Of a stretch of DNA of 64,000 nucleotides, positions 28,389 to 36,357 are shown piece after piece (the first letter of the stretch is position 1; each line of letters opens with the position of its first letter). The position numbers were made by a program, and so were the translations under genes. A model generated the notes under the pieces. That model did not search any database. It was not told the origin of the DNA and worked only from the letters and a program-made list of their open reading frames with translations. The stretch is from an uncultured Clostridia bacterium (GTDB taxonomy: Bacteria; Bacillota; Clostridia; Christensenellales; CAG-138), in contig CAMKES010000010.1 of NCBI GenBank assembly GCA_946411635.1, forward strand, positions 6,446-70,445, given 5' to 3'.

Positions 28389-29959
28389 TCGGTACGATTC
28401 TCGATCGCAAATACCGCATTACGGAGCTGATCGGCACGGGCGGCATGGCGCAGGTCTACAAGGCGGTCAATATGAGCAACCGCCGCACCGTCGCAGTCAA
28501 GATGCTGAAGGAGGAATATAAAAACGACGCGGAATTCCTTCGCCGGTTCTCGCGCGAAGCGAACGCGATCCTGACGCTGTCGCATGAAAACATCGTGCGC
28601 GCGTTCGACGCCGGGACGCACGACGGACTGCCGTATCTCGTGATGGAATACGTCGAAGGCCGCACGCTGAAGGATCTGATCGCGGCGAACGGCTCTCTGC
28701 CCGTCCGAACCGCGATCGGCATCACCTGTCAGATCCTCGACGCGCTTTCCGCCGCTCACGCGCACGGGATCATCCACCGCGACGTCAAGCCGCAGAACGT
28801 GATCGTGACCGACAAAGGCCGCGTCAAGCTCGCCGACTTCGGCATCGCGCGGGAAGCAAAGGCTTCTACCGTAACGTTTTCCGGGCAAAAGGTGCTCGGT
28901 TCCGTACACTATATCTCCCCCGAACAGGCGAAGGGAACGCTTGCGACCGAACAGAGCGACCTGTACTCCGTGGGCGTATGTCTTTATGAAATGCTTACCG
29001 GGACCGTTCCGTTCGAAGCGGATTCCACGGTGACCGTCGCGCTGATGCATCTGCAGGACAAACCCGTCCCGCCGATCGAAAAGCGGCAGGATCTTCCCCC
29101 GTCCCTGAACGATATCGTTCTGAAGGCGCTTGAGAAAGAACCGGAGGCGCGTTATCAGACCGCGCGGTCCATGCGCTCCGATCTCGTTCGGTCGCTTTCC
29201 GATCCGAACGGAACGTTCGTGAATGAACCGGAGGACAAAAAACAGAAAACCGCAAGAAAGCGGCCTTCCGTTTACGTTCTGATCGCGACGTGCGTGTTTT
29301 TGCCGATCCTGCTTATCGGCGTCATCGTTCTGATCTACGCAAATTCCTGCCACACCTCCGTACCGGAGCCGGCAGACCCCGATGAAACGGATTACGTTCC
29401 GATCACGGCAAGCGTTCCGCCCGATGCGACCGAAGCGCCGACCGCGGTGCCGGAAGAGACGCGTCTTCTGCCCGACGTGACCGGACTTCGGATGGACGAT
29501 GCGCTGTACGTTTTATATGCGGACAACGGGTTCACCGAGCTGTCCGTGCAGTTCACCGATACCGCGTCGAGCTATACGCAGAGCAATACGGTCGTCACGG
29601 TCATCCTCGATCCGTACGGCGAAGAGGAAGAGATCCGCGGCGAAACGCTCTGCAGTTCCACGACGCCGATCCGGCTGATCGTGTACCGGAAACAGCAGGG
29701 CACGTATAAGGCGGACGTATCGTTCACGTTCACGCTTCCGGACGCGGGCGAATCGCTCGTGGAGATCGCCTGCGACGAAACGAACTACGACAACATTCCC
29801 TACCGCCTGATCCTGCATTCACGCACGCGGCTGTCGGAGAACGTTGAAATCAGCGAAACCGTGACCGTCTACGGATACAACGAAGCGACGAGAAGGCTGT
29901 ATCTGCTGGTCAACGGCGAGCAGGTCTCTTCCCCGCAGTCCGTCACCTTTACAAAATGA
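28385..29959 (+). CDS. prkC: Hanks-type Ser/Thr protein kinase, PrkC-like
   Basis: The start is at MIGTILDRKY (GGAGG upstream). Kinase motifs GTGGMAQVY, VAVK, HRDVKPQN, DFG and SPEQ are present. It has one TM helix. The extracellular region begins with one PASTA-like segment (LPDVTGLRMDDALYVL). Confidence 0.9.
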   Translation: MIGTILDRKYRITELIGTGGMAQVYKAVNMSNRRTVAVKMLKEEYKNDAEFLRRFSREANAILTLSHENIVRAFDAGTHDGLPYLVMEYVEGRTLKDLIAANGSLPVRTAIGITCQILDALSAAHAHGIIHRDVKPQNVIVTDKGRVKLADFGIAREAKASTVTFSGQKVLGSVHYISPEQAKGTLATEQSDLYSVGVCLYEMLTGTVPFEADSTVTVALMHLQDKPVPPIEKRQDLPPSLNDIVLKALEKEPEARYQTARSMRSDLVRSLSDPNGTFVNEPEDKKQKTARKRPSVYVLIATCVFLPILLIGVIVLIYANSCHTSVPEPADPDETDYVPITASVPPDATEAPTAVPEETRLLPDVTGLRMDDALYVLYADNGFTELSVQFTDTASSYTQSNTVVTVILDPYGEEEEIRGETLCSSTTPIRLIVYRKQQGTYKADVSFTFTLPDAGESLVEIACDETNYDNIPYRLILHSRTRLSENVEISETVTVYGYNEATRRLYLLVNGEQVSSPQSVTFTK

Positions 29960-30831
29960 TGGAGTACGGATTGCTGTTAAAGGGCGTCGGCAGTTTTTAC
30001 GAGGTGCTGACGGATGCGGGCGACACCGTCACCTGCAAGGCGCGCGGCGCGTTCCGGCGCGAAGGACTCGTGCCGACGGTCGGAGACCGTGTCGGGATCG
30101 AGCGGCAGGAACGCGGATACGCGCAGCTTGCGACGATCCTGCCGCGAAAGAACGTTCTGATCCGGCCGGCCGTCGCAAACGTCGACCAGCTGATGATCGT
30201 CGTATCCGCCTCCGTTCCTCCGCCGGACTGGATGCTTCTGGACCGTTTGATCATCGCCGCGGAGTATCTGGGCATCGAGCCGATCCCCGTGCTGAACAAG
30301 GTCGACACGGCGGACGCTTCGATCCGGAATGCGTTTCTGAATGATTACAAGGCGTTCGACACCCTGACGGTCAGCGCCGAAACCGGCGAAGGGATCAACC
30401 GGCTGAACGCGCGGCTTGCCGGAAAGGTGACCTGCTTTGCCGGGCAGTCCGCAGTCGGGAAATCGTCGATCCTGAACCGTCTGCTGCCCGACCTGCATCT
30501 GGAAACCGGCGGCCTTTCCCGAAAGACGGACCGCGGGCGGCATACGACGCGGCATGCGGAGCTGTGGCCGTATCTGGGCGGCGCCGTTCTCGATACGCCG
30601 GGGTTCTCCCTGTTTGAGACCGAGTGTCTCGAGCAGGAACAGCTTGACGCCTGCTATCCGGAGTTCCGGAAGGCGTCGCCGTGCCGGTTCCCCGGATGTA
30701 TGCACGTGACCGAACCGGACTGCGGTGTGAAACCGCTGATCGATACCGGCGATCTGCCCGCCGCCCGTTACGAGCGGTACGTCGAGATCGCAAAAGACTG
30801 TCAAATGAGGAGGAAACACCGTTATGATTAA
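29956..30831 (+). CDS. rsgA: Ribosome small-subunit-dependent GTPase A
   Basis: 291 aa with circularly permuted GTPase motifs (LNKVD, GQSAVGKSS). A C-terminal Zn-finger is present (CRFPGCMHVTEPDC). Confidence 0.92.
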   Translation: MMEYGLLLKGVGSFYEVLTDAGDTVTCKARGAFRREGLVPTVGDRVGIERQERGYAQLATILPRKNVLIRPAVANVDQLMIVVSASVPPPDWMLLDRLIIAAEYLGIEPIPVLNKVDTADASIRNAFLNDYKAFDTLTVSAETGEGINRLNARLAGKVTCFAGQSAVGKSSILNRLLPDLHLETGGLSRKTDRGRHTTRHAELWPYLGGAVLDTPGFSLFETECLEQEQLDACYPEFRKASPCRFPGCMHVTEPDCGVKPLIDTGDLPAARYERYVEIAKDCQMRRKHRYD

Positions 30832-31471
30832 AATTGCTCCGTCGATCCTTTCCGCCGACTTTGCCGCAATGGGAAAAGCCGTCGCAATGCTGAAAGAACA
30901 GGGCGCCGACTGGGTGCATTTTGACGTGATGGACGGCAATTTCGTGCCCAACATCACCTTCGGCCCCGGGATGTGCAAGGCGATCCGCGCATATACGGAT
31001 CTGCCGATCGACGTTCATCTGATGGTCGAGCATCCGTCCGACTGGATCGAACCGTTCAAGAACGCCGGCGCGGACGTGCTGACGATCCACGTGGAATCCT
31101 CCGAGCGTCACCTGCACCGTGCGCTGCAGGCGATCCATGCCGCGGGCATGAAGGCAGGCGTCGTTCTGAATCCCGCGACGCCGATCTGTACCTGCACGCA
31201 TCTGCTGGCCGACTGCGACCTCGTGCTTTTGATGAGCGTCAATCCCGGCTTCGGCGGACAATCGTTCATTCCGGAAACGCTCAGCAAGATCCGCGCGCTG
31301 CGCGCCGAAATCGACGCGCGCGGCTTGTCCACGCTGATCGAGATCGACGGCGGCGTCAATCCCGAGACCGCAAAGCAGTGCATCGAGGCGGGCGCGGATA
31401 TTCTTGTCGCAGGAAGCGCCGTATTCAAAGCGAACAATCCCGCAGATATGATCCGATCCCTGCGCGGATGA
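30824..31471 (+). CDS. rpe: Ribulose-phosphate 3-epimerase
   Basis: 215 aa. PSILSADF, HFDVMDG, DVHLMV and VNPGFGGQ motifs are present. Confidence 0.95.
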   Translation: MIKIAPSILSADFAAMGKAVAMLKEQGADWVHFDVMDGNFVPNITFGPGMCKAIRAYTDLPIDVHLMVEHPSDWIEPFKNAGADVLTIHVESSERHLHRALQAIHAAGMKAGVVLNPATPICTCTHLLADCDLVLLMSVNPGFGGQSFIPETLSKIRALRAEIDARGLSTLIEIDGGVNPETAKQCIEAGADILVAGSAVFKANNPADMIRSLRG

Positions 31472-31480
31472 CCGAAACCG

Positions 31481-31514
31481 AAAAAACAGACGCGTTTTGC
31501 GCGTCTGTTTTTTT
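31481..31514. terminator. Bidirectional terminator after rpe
   Basis: An 8-bp stem CAGACGCG/CGCGTCTG with a 5-nt loop, flanked by A6 and T7. Confidence 0.75.
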
Positions 31515-31520
31515 GATGTT

Positions 31521-32033
31521 TCAGGATGCCTCCGTCTCCGGGAAGCGGATGCCCCAGATCCGGTACGGATGCAGCTTCCGTTTTCTGACGTGATCGAGAA
31601 ACGCGCCGAGCGTCATGGACATCGGCGTTTTGAACTCGTTATAAAACGTATACGCGCCTGCCCGGTTGCGGATGCCGGTCACGTAATGCGCGCCGAAAAA
31701 GTGCCAGTACAGAACGATGACCGCGTCGAACAGTTCCGCGCTGTGCGCATCCCTGACGCGGATACGAGTCACGTCGAATCGTTTTCTGCGAAGGTTTTTT
31801 GCGATCGTCGAAGGACGCGTGCCCAGCAAACCGAACAGATTCGTCTTGATCGGCTTGCGCGCGGAATAGAATTCTTCAAACCGAATATCCGGATCCGCGG
31901 CCCGCTCCACGTTATAGAGGGCAATCATGCCGCATCCGTTTTTCGCGATCGTACCGAACCGTCCGAATCTTCGTTCGGAAAAGCGCGGATCGTGCTGTGT
32001 GTTCAGGATCCCGTAATCTGTCGTTTCTTTCAT
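31521..32033 (-). CDS. Hypothetical protein with a papain-like Cys/His arrangement (tentative)
   Basis: 170 aa. A candidate nucleophile lies in KNGCGMIALYN, a His in FFGAHYVTG and a later YTFYNE. The order and spacing are reminiscent of C39-like/BtrH-like cysteine peptidase or acyltransferase folds. I recognise no family with certainty. Confidence 0.35.
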   Translation of the reverse strand: MKETTDYGILNTQHDPRFSERRFGRFGTIAKNGCGMIALYNVERAADPDIRFEEFYSARKPIKTNLFGLLGTRPSTIAKNLRRKRFDVTRIRVRDAHSAELFDAVIVLYWHFFGAHYVTGIRNRAGAYTFYNEFKTPMSMTLGAFLDHVRKRKLHPYRIWGIRFPETEAS

Positions 32034-32046
32034 CGTTTCCGACCTC

Positions 32047-32631
32047 TCATCCGTTGATCTCGGCGTAACGCTCCCAATCGGGATCCGGATTCACGGTGTA
32101 GACCCCGTTGGTCCGATCCATCCATCCCATCGCGACAAATCCTCTCCGGACCGTGCAGTAATCCGTGTGGACGGCGGAGATGATCGCGTTGACTTCCTTT
32201 TCCGTATAGGTGCGCCCCGGCGTGAACCGTGCGAAGATCTCCCGGAAAACGATCACGCGCTTTTTCAGCTGCGCGGGAAGCTGTTCGCATACGCCGTTCG
32301 GCATAAATGACTTCAACACCTTGCGGCGATACTGTTCCTCACGGAGCCGTTCAACCGTTTCTCCCCCGTCGCCCGGCAGAACGATCTGTTCGAGCGAATG
32401 CGAGAAAATATCGCGTCTGAGCGAATAGATCGTGTAATACTGCTCGCGGCGCGCATCGACAAGACCCGCTTGCTGAAGCTTTTTCATATGGAACGAAACG
32501 GTCGCCGGCGTGAGCCCCAGCCGTTCGGCAAGCAGTTCCACGTACAGATCCTTCTCGAACAGCGCTCTTACGATCCTGAGCCGCGTGTCGTCCGCAAGCG
32601 TTTTCAGCAGAATCAGGGCATTATTCTCCAT
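32047..32631 (-). CDS. ArsR/SmtB-family transcriptional regulator with a C-terminal DUF2087-like domain
   Basis: 194 aa. The wHTH region is LKTLADDTRLRIVRAL..ELLAERLGLTPATVSFHMKKLQQAGLV. It carries a C-terminal extension of about 90 aa. Confidence 0.8.
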   Translation of the reverse strand: MENNALILLKTLADDTRLRIVRALFEKDLYVELLAERLGLTPATVSFHMKKLQQAGLVDARREQYYTIYSLRRDIFSHSLEQIVLPGDGGETVERLREEQYRRKVLKSFMPNGVCEQLPAQLKKRVIVFREIFARFTPGRTYTEKEVNAIISAVHTDYCTVRRGFVAMGWMDRTNGVYTVNPDPDWERYAEING

Positions 32632-32968
32632 CCCGCTCCGCCTCCGTCAGCGCGTCGAGCGCAAACTGCACCGTGATCGCCTTTTGTTCGGCACGGTCCG
32701 ATTCGTCGTAATCGCCGAGCCTGCGCTGCTTCTCCGCTTCCGAGGAAAACGATTCGATCAGCGTGATCAGCGCGTCCGGACGCATGCCGTTATGCTGGAC
32801 GCGGCCGAGCGCCTTCAGCATGTCGCCGAGCATGCTCGCCTTCATCAGATGGATCGACTGCGCTCTCGCGTCGCCGGCCTCCCGCGCGAATTCCGCGAGG
32901 GTCTTCTCGCGAAGCGCCTCCGCGTCGAGTTTGCTGTTGTATGCTTCCAAAACCGTCAAAACAGACAC
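32621..32968 (-). CDS. Hypothetical helical protein, first gene of the ArsR-family operon
   Basis: 115-aa ORF with a GTG start at 32968. An alternative TTG at 32959 lies 7 nt after GAGG. It overlaps the ArsR gene start by 11 nt. I recognise no family. Confidence 0.5.
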   Translation of the reverse strand: MSVLTVLEAYNSKLDAEALREKTLAEFAREAGDARAQSIHLMKASMLGDMLKALGRVQHNGMRPDALITLIESFSSEAEKQRRLGDYDESDRAEQKAITVQFALDALTEAERDGE

Positions 32969-32976
32969 CTCATTTC

Positions 32977-32996
32977 ATTTCGATACTTATCGAAAT
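32977..32996. promoter_or_regulatory. Perfect 9-2-9 palindromic operator candidate
   Basis: ATTTCGATA-CT-TATCGAAAT lies directly downstream of the -10 element of the operon promoter. Confidence 0.6.
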
Positions 32997-32997
32997 C

Positions 32998-33026
32998 ATT
33001 TTAGCATCTGTTTTGATAAATGTCAA
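32998..33026 (-). promoter_or_regulatory. Near-consensus sigma-A promoter of the ArsR-family operon
   Basis: Minus strand reads TTGACA, a 17-nt spacer, then TAAAAT. Confidence 0.65.
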
Positions 33027-33033
33027 TATGGAT

Positions 33034-34968
33034 TTAGTTGAAATCGACGATGACTTCGTTGAATTTCTTGTCCTTGCCGTAGTTCACCGCCCAGGGAGAA
33101 CTGTTCCAGCCGGAACCGGTCGGCGCGAACGGGACCGTGAAATTCTTGACCTTGGTGTAGTTGAACTCTTTCGCGACGAGGATCGCCAGCTCCTGGACCT
33201 GCTTGAGTTTCAGAAGATAATCCTGCGATACGGAGTTCAGAGAGTTGCTGCTGCCGTTGCGCGCTTTCTTCGCTTCCTTATCCGCTTCTTTCTTGATCTT
33301 CTCAAGCTCCTGGATCGCTTCTTTGTATTCTTCGAACAGTTCTCTCTGTTCCGGCGTATACTTCCGGACGCCGTCCTGATCGAATAGGACGGAGCACCGC
33401 GTCACGCCGCAGGCAACGGCTGCCGTCTCTCCCTCGTCCGAGGGCTCGGGCGTCGGATCCGGCGTAGGCGGCTCGGTCGGCGGCTCCGTCGGCGGTTCCG
33501 TCGGTTCCTCGGTCGGCTCCTGGGTCGGCGTTTCGGTCGGCTTTTCCGTCGGCTTCTCCGTCGGCTTATCGGTCGGCGTCGGCGGAGGCGTCGAGGGCTT
33601 TGTGCTCGGCGTTGCCGAAGGCTTCGACGTCGGCGCAGTCGGGCTGGGCGTCGGCGACGCGGTCGGACTCGGCGACGGGGTAAATTCGGGAAGCAGATCG
33701 TCTTCGTCGATCAGCTTCTGAACGTACTTCGTCAACGGATCGATCAGCTCGCGATAGTGATCATAGAGCATGTCGCACCAACGGTAGCGGCCGTATTTCA
33801 GCGTATACTGATGATACTGCTTCGTCTTGACGCCGTAGACCTTTTCGATCACGTCCACGCGGTTCTTCTGATCGGTAAAGCAGAAATTCCACTGGAAGAG
33901 CGACGTCGTGGCGCCGCTCATGGAATACATGCCGATGTTGTTCGCGTCGAGATTGTAGGCGAATACGGCAAGCGCCGCGGTCTGTGCCGGCGTGCAGTTC
34001 GTGAACAGATCGCCGTCGAACGTTTCGATGATCTCGGGGATCTTCGTGATCAGGCGATCGACCTGCATCTGACGAAACATCGCGACCAGCATCCGCTTCT
34101 GGCGGTTGACGCGGTTCGCATCGCCCGTTTCGCTGGACGGAAGACCGTTTACGCCCTTGCGGACGCGGCAGTAATCCAGGAAGCCCTGTCCGTTTACGTG
34201 CTGCAGACCCTTTTCATACGAACGGCCCTGGATCTTGAAGCTGATGTCCATGTCGTACTCCAGACCGCCGCACAGATCGACGAGATCCTTCAGGGAGGTC
34301 ATCGTGACCGCGTAGTAATAATCGACCTTGATCCCGCCGAGCATCCACTCCGCCGCGTCACAGACTTTTTCAAGGCCCTTCGGATTGAAGCTGCCGTCCT
34401 TGTTGTAAAGACCGCCGCCGCAGTTCAGGGAAGCGTTCAGTTTATAGATCCCCTTTACGTCGGGAATGCTCGCATACGTGTCGCGCGGAAGCGAGATCAG
34501 GTCGGCGCGGTTCTCGTCGAAATTGATCGCAAGGACCATCATGACGTCCGAATGCCATTCTTTTTTGCCGTGCCAGGTCTCTCGTTCCGTAGAATAGTCG
34601 ACGCCGACCAGAAGGATATTGACGATATCCTTCATCATTGCCGTGTCTGCCTGCTCGACCAGCTCCTGATACGGATCGACCGGCGGTTCGGTCGGCTGAA
34701 CCTCCGGCGTTTCCGCAGCGGGATCCGCCGACGCCGGCGCGGTTTGTCCGGGATCGTCCGTCGTGATAATGATGCCGTTCGGATCGGGCGTAACGATCGG
34801 ATCCTCGCCGGTTTGCGCATCCTGAGGCGTGCTGCCGCCGCAGGAGCCTCCGTTCCGGAACGCGGAACTCGTGCCGAGGCTTCCGATCACGATCGCGATC
34901 ACGACGCCGAGGATCACGACGCCCGCCGCAATTGATGACAGAAGAATAATCTTCTTTTTCTTATCCAT
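33034..34968 (-). CDS. LytR-CpsA-Psr (LCP) family cell-wall glycopolymer ligase with a Pro/Thr-rich linker and an extra C-terminal domain
   Basis: 644 aa with an N-terminal TM anchor. The LCP core reads NILLVGVDYS...SDVMMVLAI...ISLPRDTY. It is followed by about 80 aa of PT(E/K)-rich linker and an unassigned C-terminal domain of about 130 aa. Confidence 0.85.
   Translation of the reverse strand: MDKKKKIILLSSIAAGVVILGVVIAIVIGSLGTSSAFRNGGSCGGSTPQDAQTGEDPIVTPDPNGIIITTDDPGQTAPASADPAAETPEVQPTEPPVDPYQELVEQADTAMMKDIVNILLVGVDYSTERETWHGKKEWHSDVMMVLAINFDENRADLISLPRDTYASIPDVKGIYKLNASLNCGGGLYNKDGSFNPKGLEKVCDAAEWMLGGIKVDYYYAVTMTSLKDLVDLCGGLEYDMDISFKIQGRSYEKGLQHVNGQGFLDYCRVRKGVNGLPSSETGDANRVNRQKRMLVAMFRQMQVDRLITKIPEIIETFDGDLFTNCTPAQTAALAVFAYNLDANNIGMYSMSGATTSLFQWNFCFTDQKNRVDVIEKVYGVKTKQYHQYTLKYGRYRWCDMLYDHYRELIDPLTKYVQKLIDEDDLLPEFTPSPSPTASPTPSPTAPTSKPSATPSTKPSTPPPTPTDKPTEKPTEKPTETPTQEPTEEPTEPPTEPPTEPPTPDPTPEPSDEGETAAVACGVTRCSVLFDQDGVRKYTPEQRELFEEYKEAIQELEKIKKEADKEAKKARNGSSNSLNSVSQDYLLKLKQVQELAILVAKEFNYTKVKNFTVPFAPTGSGWNSSPWAVNYGKDKKFNEVIVDFN
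33436..33680 (-). repeat. Imperfect 12-nt tandem periodicity encoding the PTEx-type low-complexity linker
   Basis: Plus-strand units such as GGCTCGGTCGGC, GGCTCCGTCGGC, GGTTCCGTCGGT and TTTTCCGTCGGC recur. They translate to PTEKPTEKPTETPTQEPTEEPTEPPTEPPTEPP. Confidence 0.8.
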
Positions 34969-35202
34969 TACACAAAATCCTTTCAGGACTTTTTACGGTT
35001 TCATTCTACTATCATTTCCGCAAAAATTCCACGATAAAACGGAATCGTTACGAACATTTTACAAAAACAACGCATTTATCAGGTATACTTGGTACGGAAC
35101 AAAAAGGTTGCAAAACCGTTTTTCCGGCCGGAGAAAATAATCCTTTCCTTTCCGGATACAGATGTGGTATACTGTATACTAGTGAAGTATGGAGGTCAAC
35201 GC

Positions 35203-36357
35203 ATGATCGTTGTGATTCCCGCGTACGAACCGGACGAGAAACTGCTCGGCGTACTGAAGGATTTTAGCGAACAAACCGTTTTCCCGATCGTCGTTGTGAA
35301 CGACGGCAGCAGCGAAGCATGCCGTCCTGTTTTTGACGCCGCGCGTTCCTTTGAACGGGTGATGCTTTTGGAGCACGAGGTCAACAAAGGAAAAGGCGCC
35401 GCCATGAAAACGGCGTTTGCATATATTCGCGATCACTTCCCCGCCGACGAGTCCGTCATGACCGTCGACGCGGACGGACAGCACCTCGTTTCGGACGCGG
35501 TCCGCGTTGCCGAAACGCTTTCGAAAAATCCGAACGCACTCGTGATGGGATCGCGCCGGTTTACCGGAAACGTGCCGTTCAAAAGCCGCGCCGGCAATGC
35601 GATCACACGCACCGTTTTCCGATTCTGCACCGGCGTCCGCGTTTACGACACGCAGACCGGTCTGCGCGCGTTCTCCGCGGCGAGGATCCCCGAAATGCTC
35701 GTGCTCAAGGGCGATCGCTACGAATATGAGATCAATCAGCTGATCTATTGCACGAAGCACAACATTGAGATCGTCGAGGAATGGATCGACACCGTATATA
35801 TCGAAGAAAACCGGTCTTCGCATTTTCATGCTGTCAAGGACTCGTTCCGGATCTATAAGGTCCTGCTGCTCGGCACGTCGTTTATCCGGTTCGTCGCCTC
35901 GTCGTTCTTCTGTTTCCTGATCGACTATCTGCTGTTCCTGATGTTCCGCGGACTGTTCCCCGATCTGCTGTTCGGGGATGCCATCCGCAGTTCGGTCGAG
36001 ACGGCGTCCGATTCGTTCTCGTCGATCATGTCCGCGATCAGACCGTATCTGACGACGATCATCATCCTCAGTACCGTTTGCGCGCGTGCGGTCTCGTCGA
36101 CCTGCAATTATCTTCTGAACCGGCATTTCGTTTTCGGCGCGCGGAACACGTCGCTGAGCTTCGCCAAATACGTGCTTCTCGTCGTGATCATGCTGTGCCT
36201 GCAGGCCGGCCTGACCGCCGGCGCCGCCTCGATCGGATTCAACGACCGGGTGTTCTACGTGATCGTTCAGATCATTCTGTACCCCGTTTCGTTCCTGCTT
36301 CAGCGGGCGATCGTCTTTAAGCGCAAAGAGAATCCAGAATCCAACCCCGGAGAATGA
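35203..36357 (+). CDS. Glycosyltransferase family 2 fused to a GtrA-like membrane domain
   Basis: The start is at MIVVIPAYEPDE (GGAGG upstream). It has a GT-A fold with VVNDGS and TVDADGQH motifs. The C-terminal four TM helices are GtrA-like (NYLLNRHFVF). Confidence 0.82.
   Translation: MIVVIPAYEPDEKLLGVLKDFSEQTVFPIVVVNDGSSEACRPVFDAARSFERVMLLEHEVNKGKGAAMKTAFAYIRDHFPADESVMTVDADGQHLVSDAVRVAETLSKNPNALVMGSRRFTGNVPFKSRAGNAITRTVFRFCTGVRVYDTQTGLRAFSAARIPEMLVLKGDRYEYEINQLIYCTKHNIEIVEEWIDTVYIEENRSSHFHAVKDSFRIYKVLLLGTSFIRFVASSFFCFLIDYLLFLMFRGLFPDLLFGDAIRSSVETASDSFSSIMSAIRPYLTTIIILSTVCARAVSSTCNYLLNRHFVFGARNTSLSFAKYVLLVVIMLCLQAGLTAGAASIGFNDRVFYVIVQIILYPVSFLLQRAIVFKRKENPESNPGE

Noticed and set aside
33436-33680. 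GC-rich tandem repeats as a possible mobile or minisatellite element.
   Set aside because: The periodicity is in frame within the LCP gene and simply encodes its Pro/Thr-rich linker.
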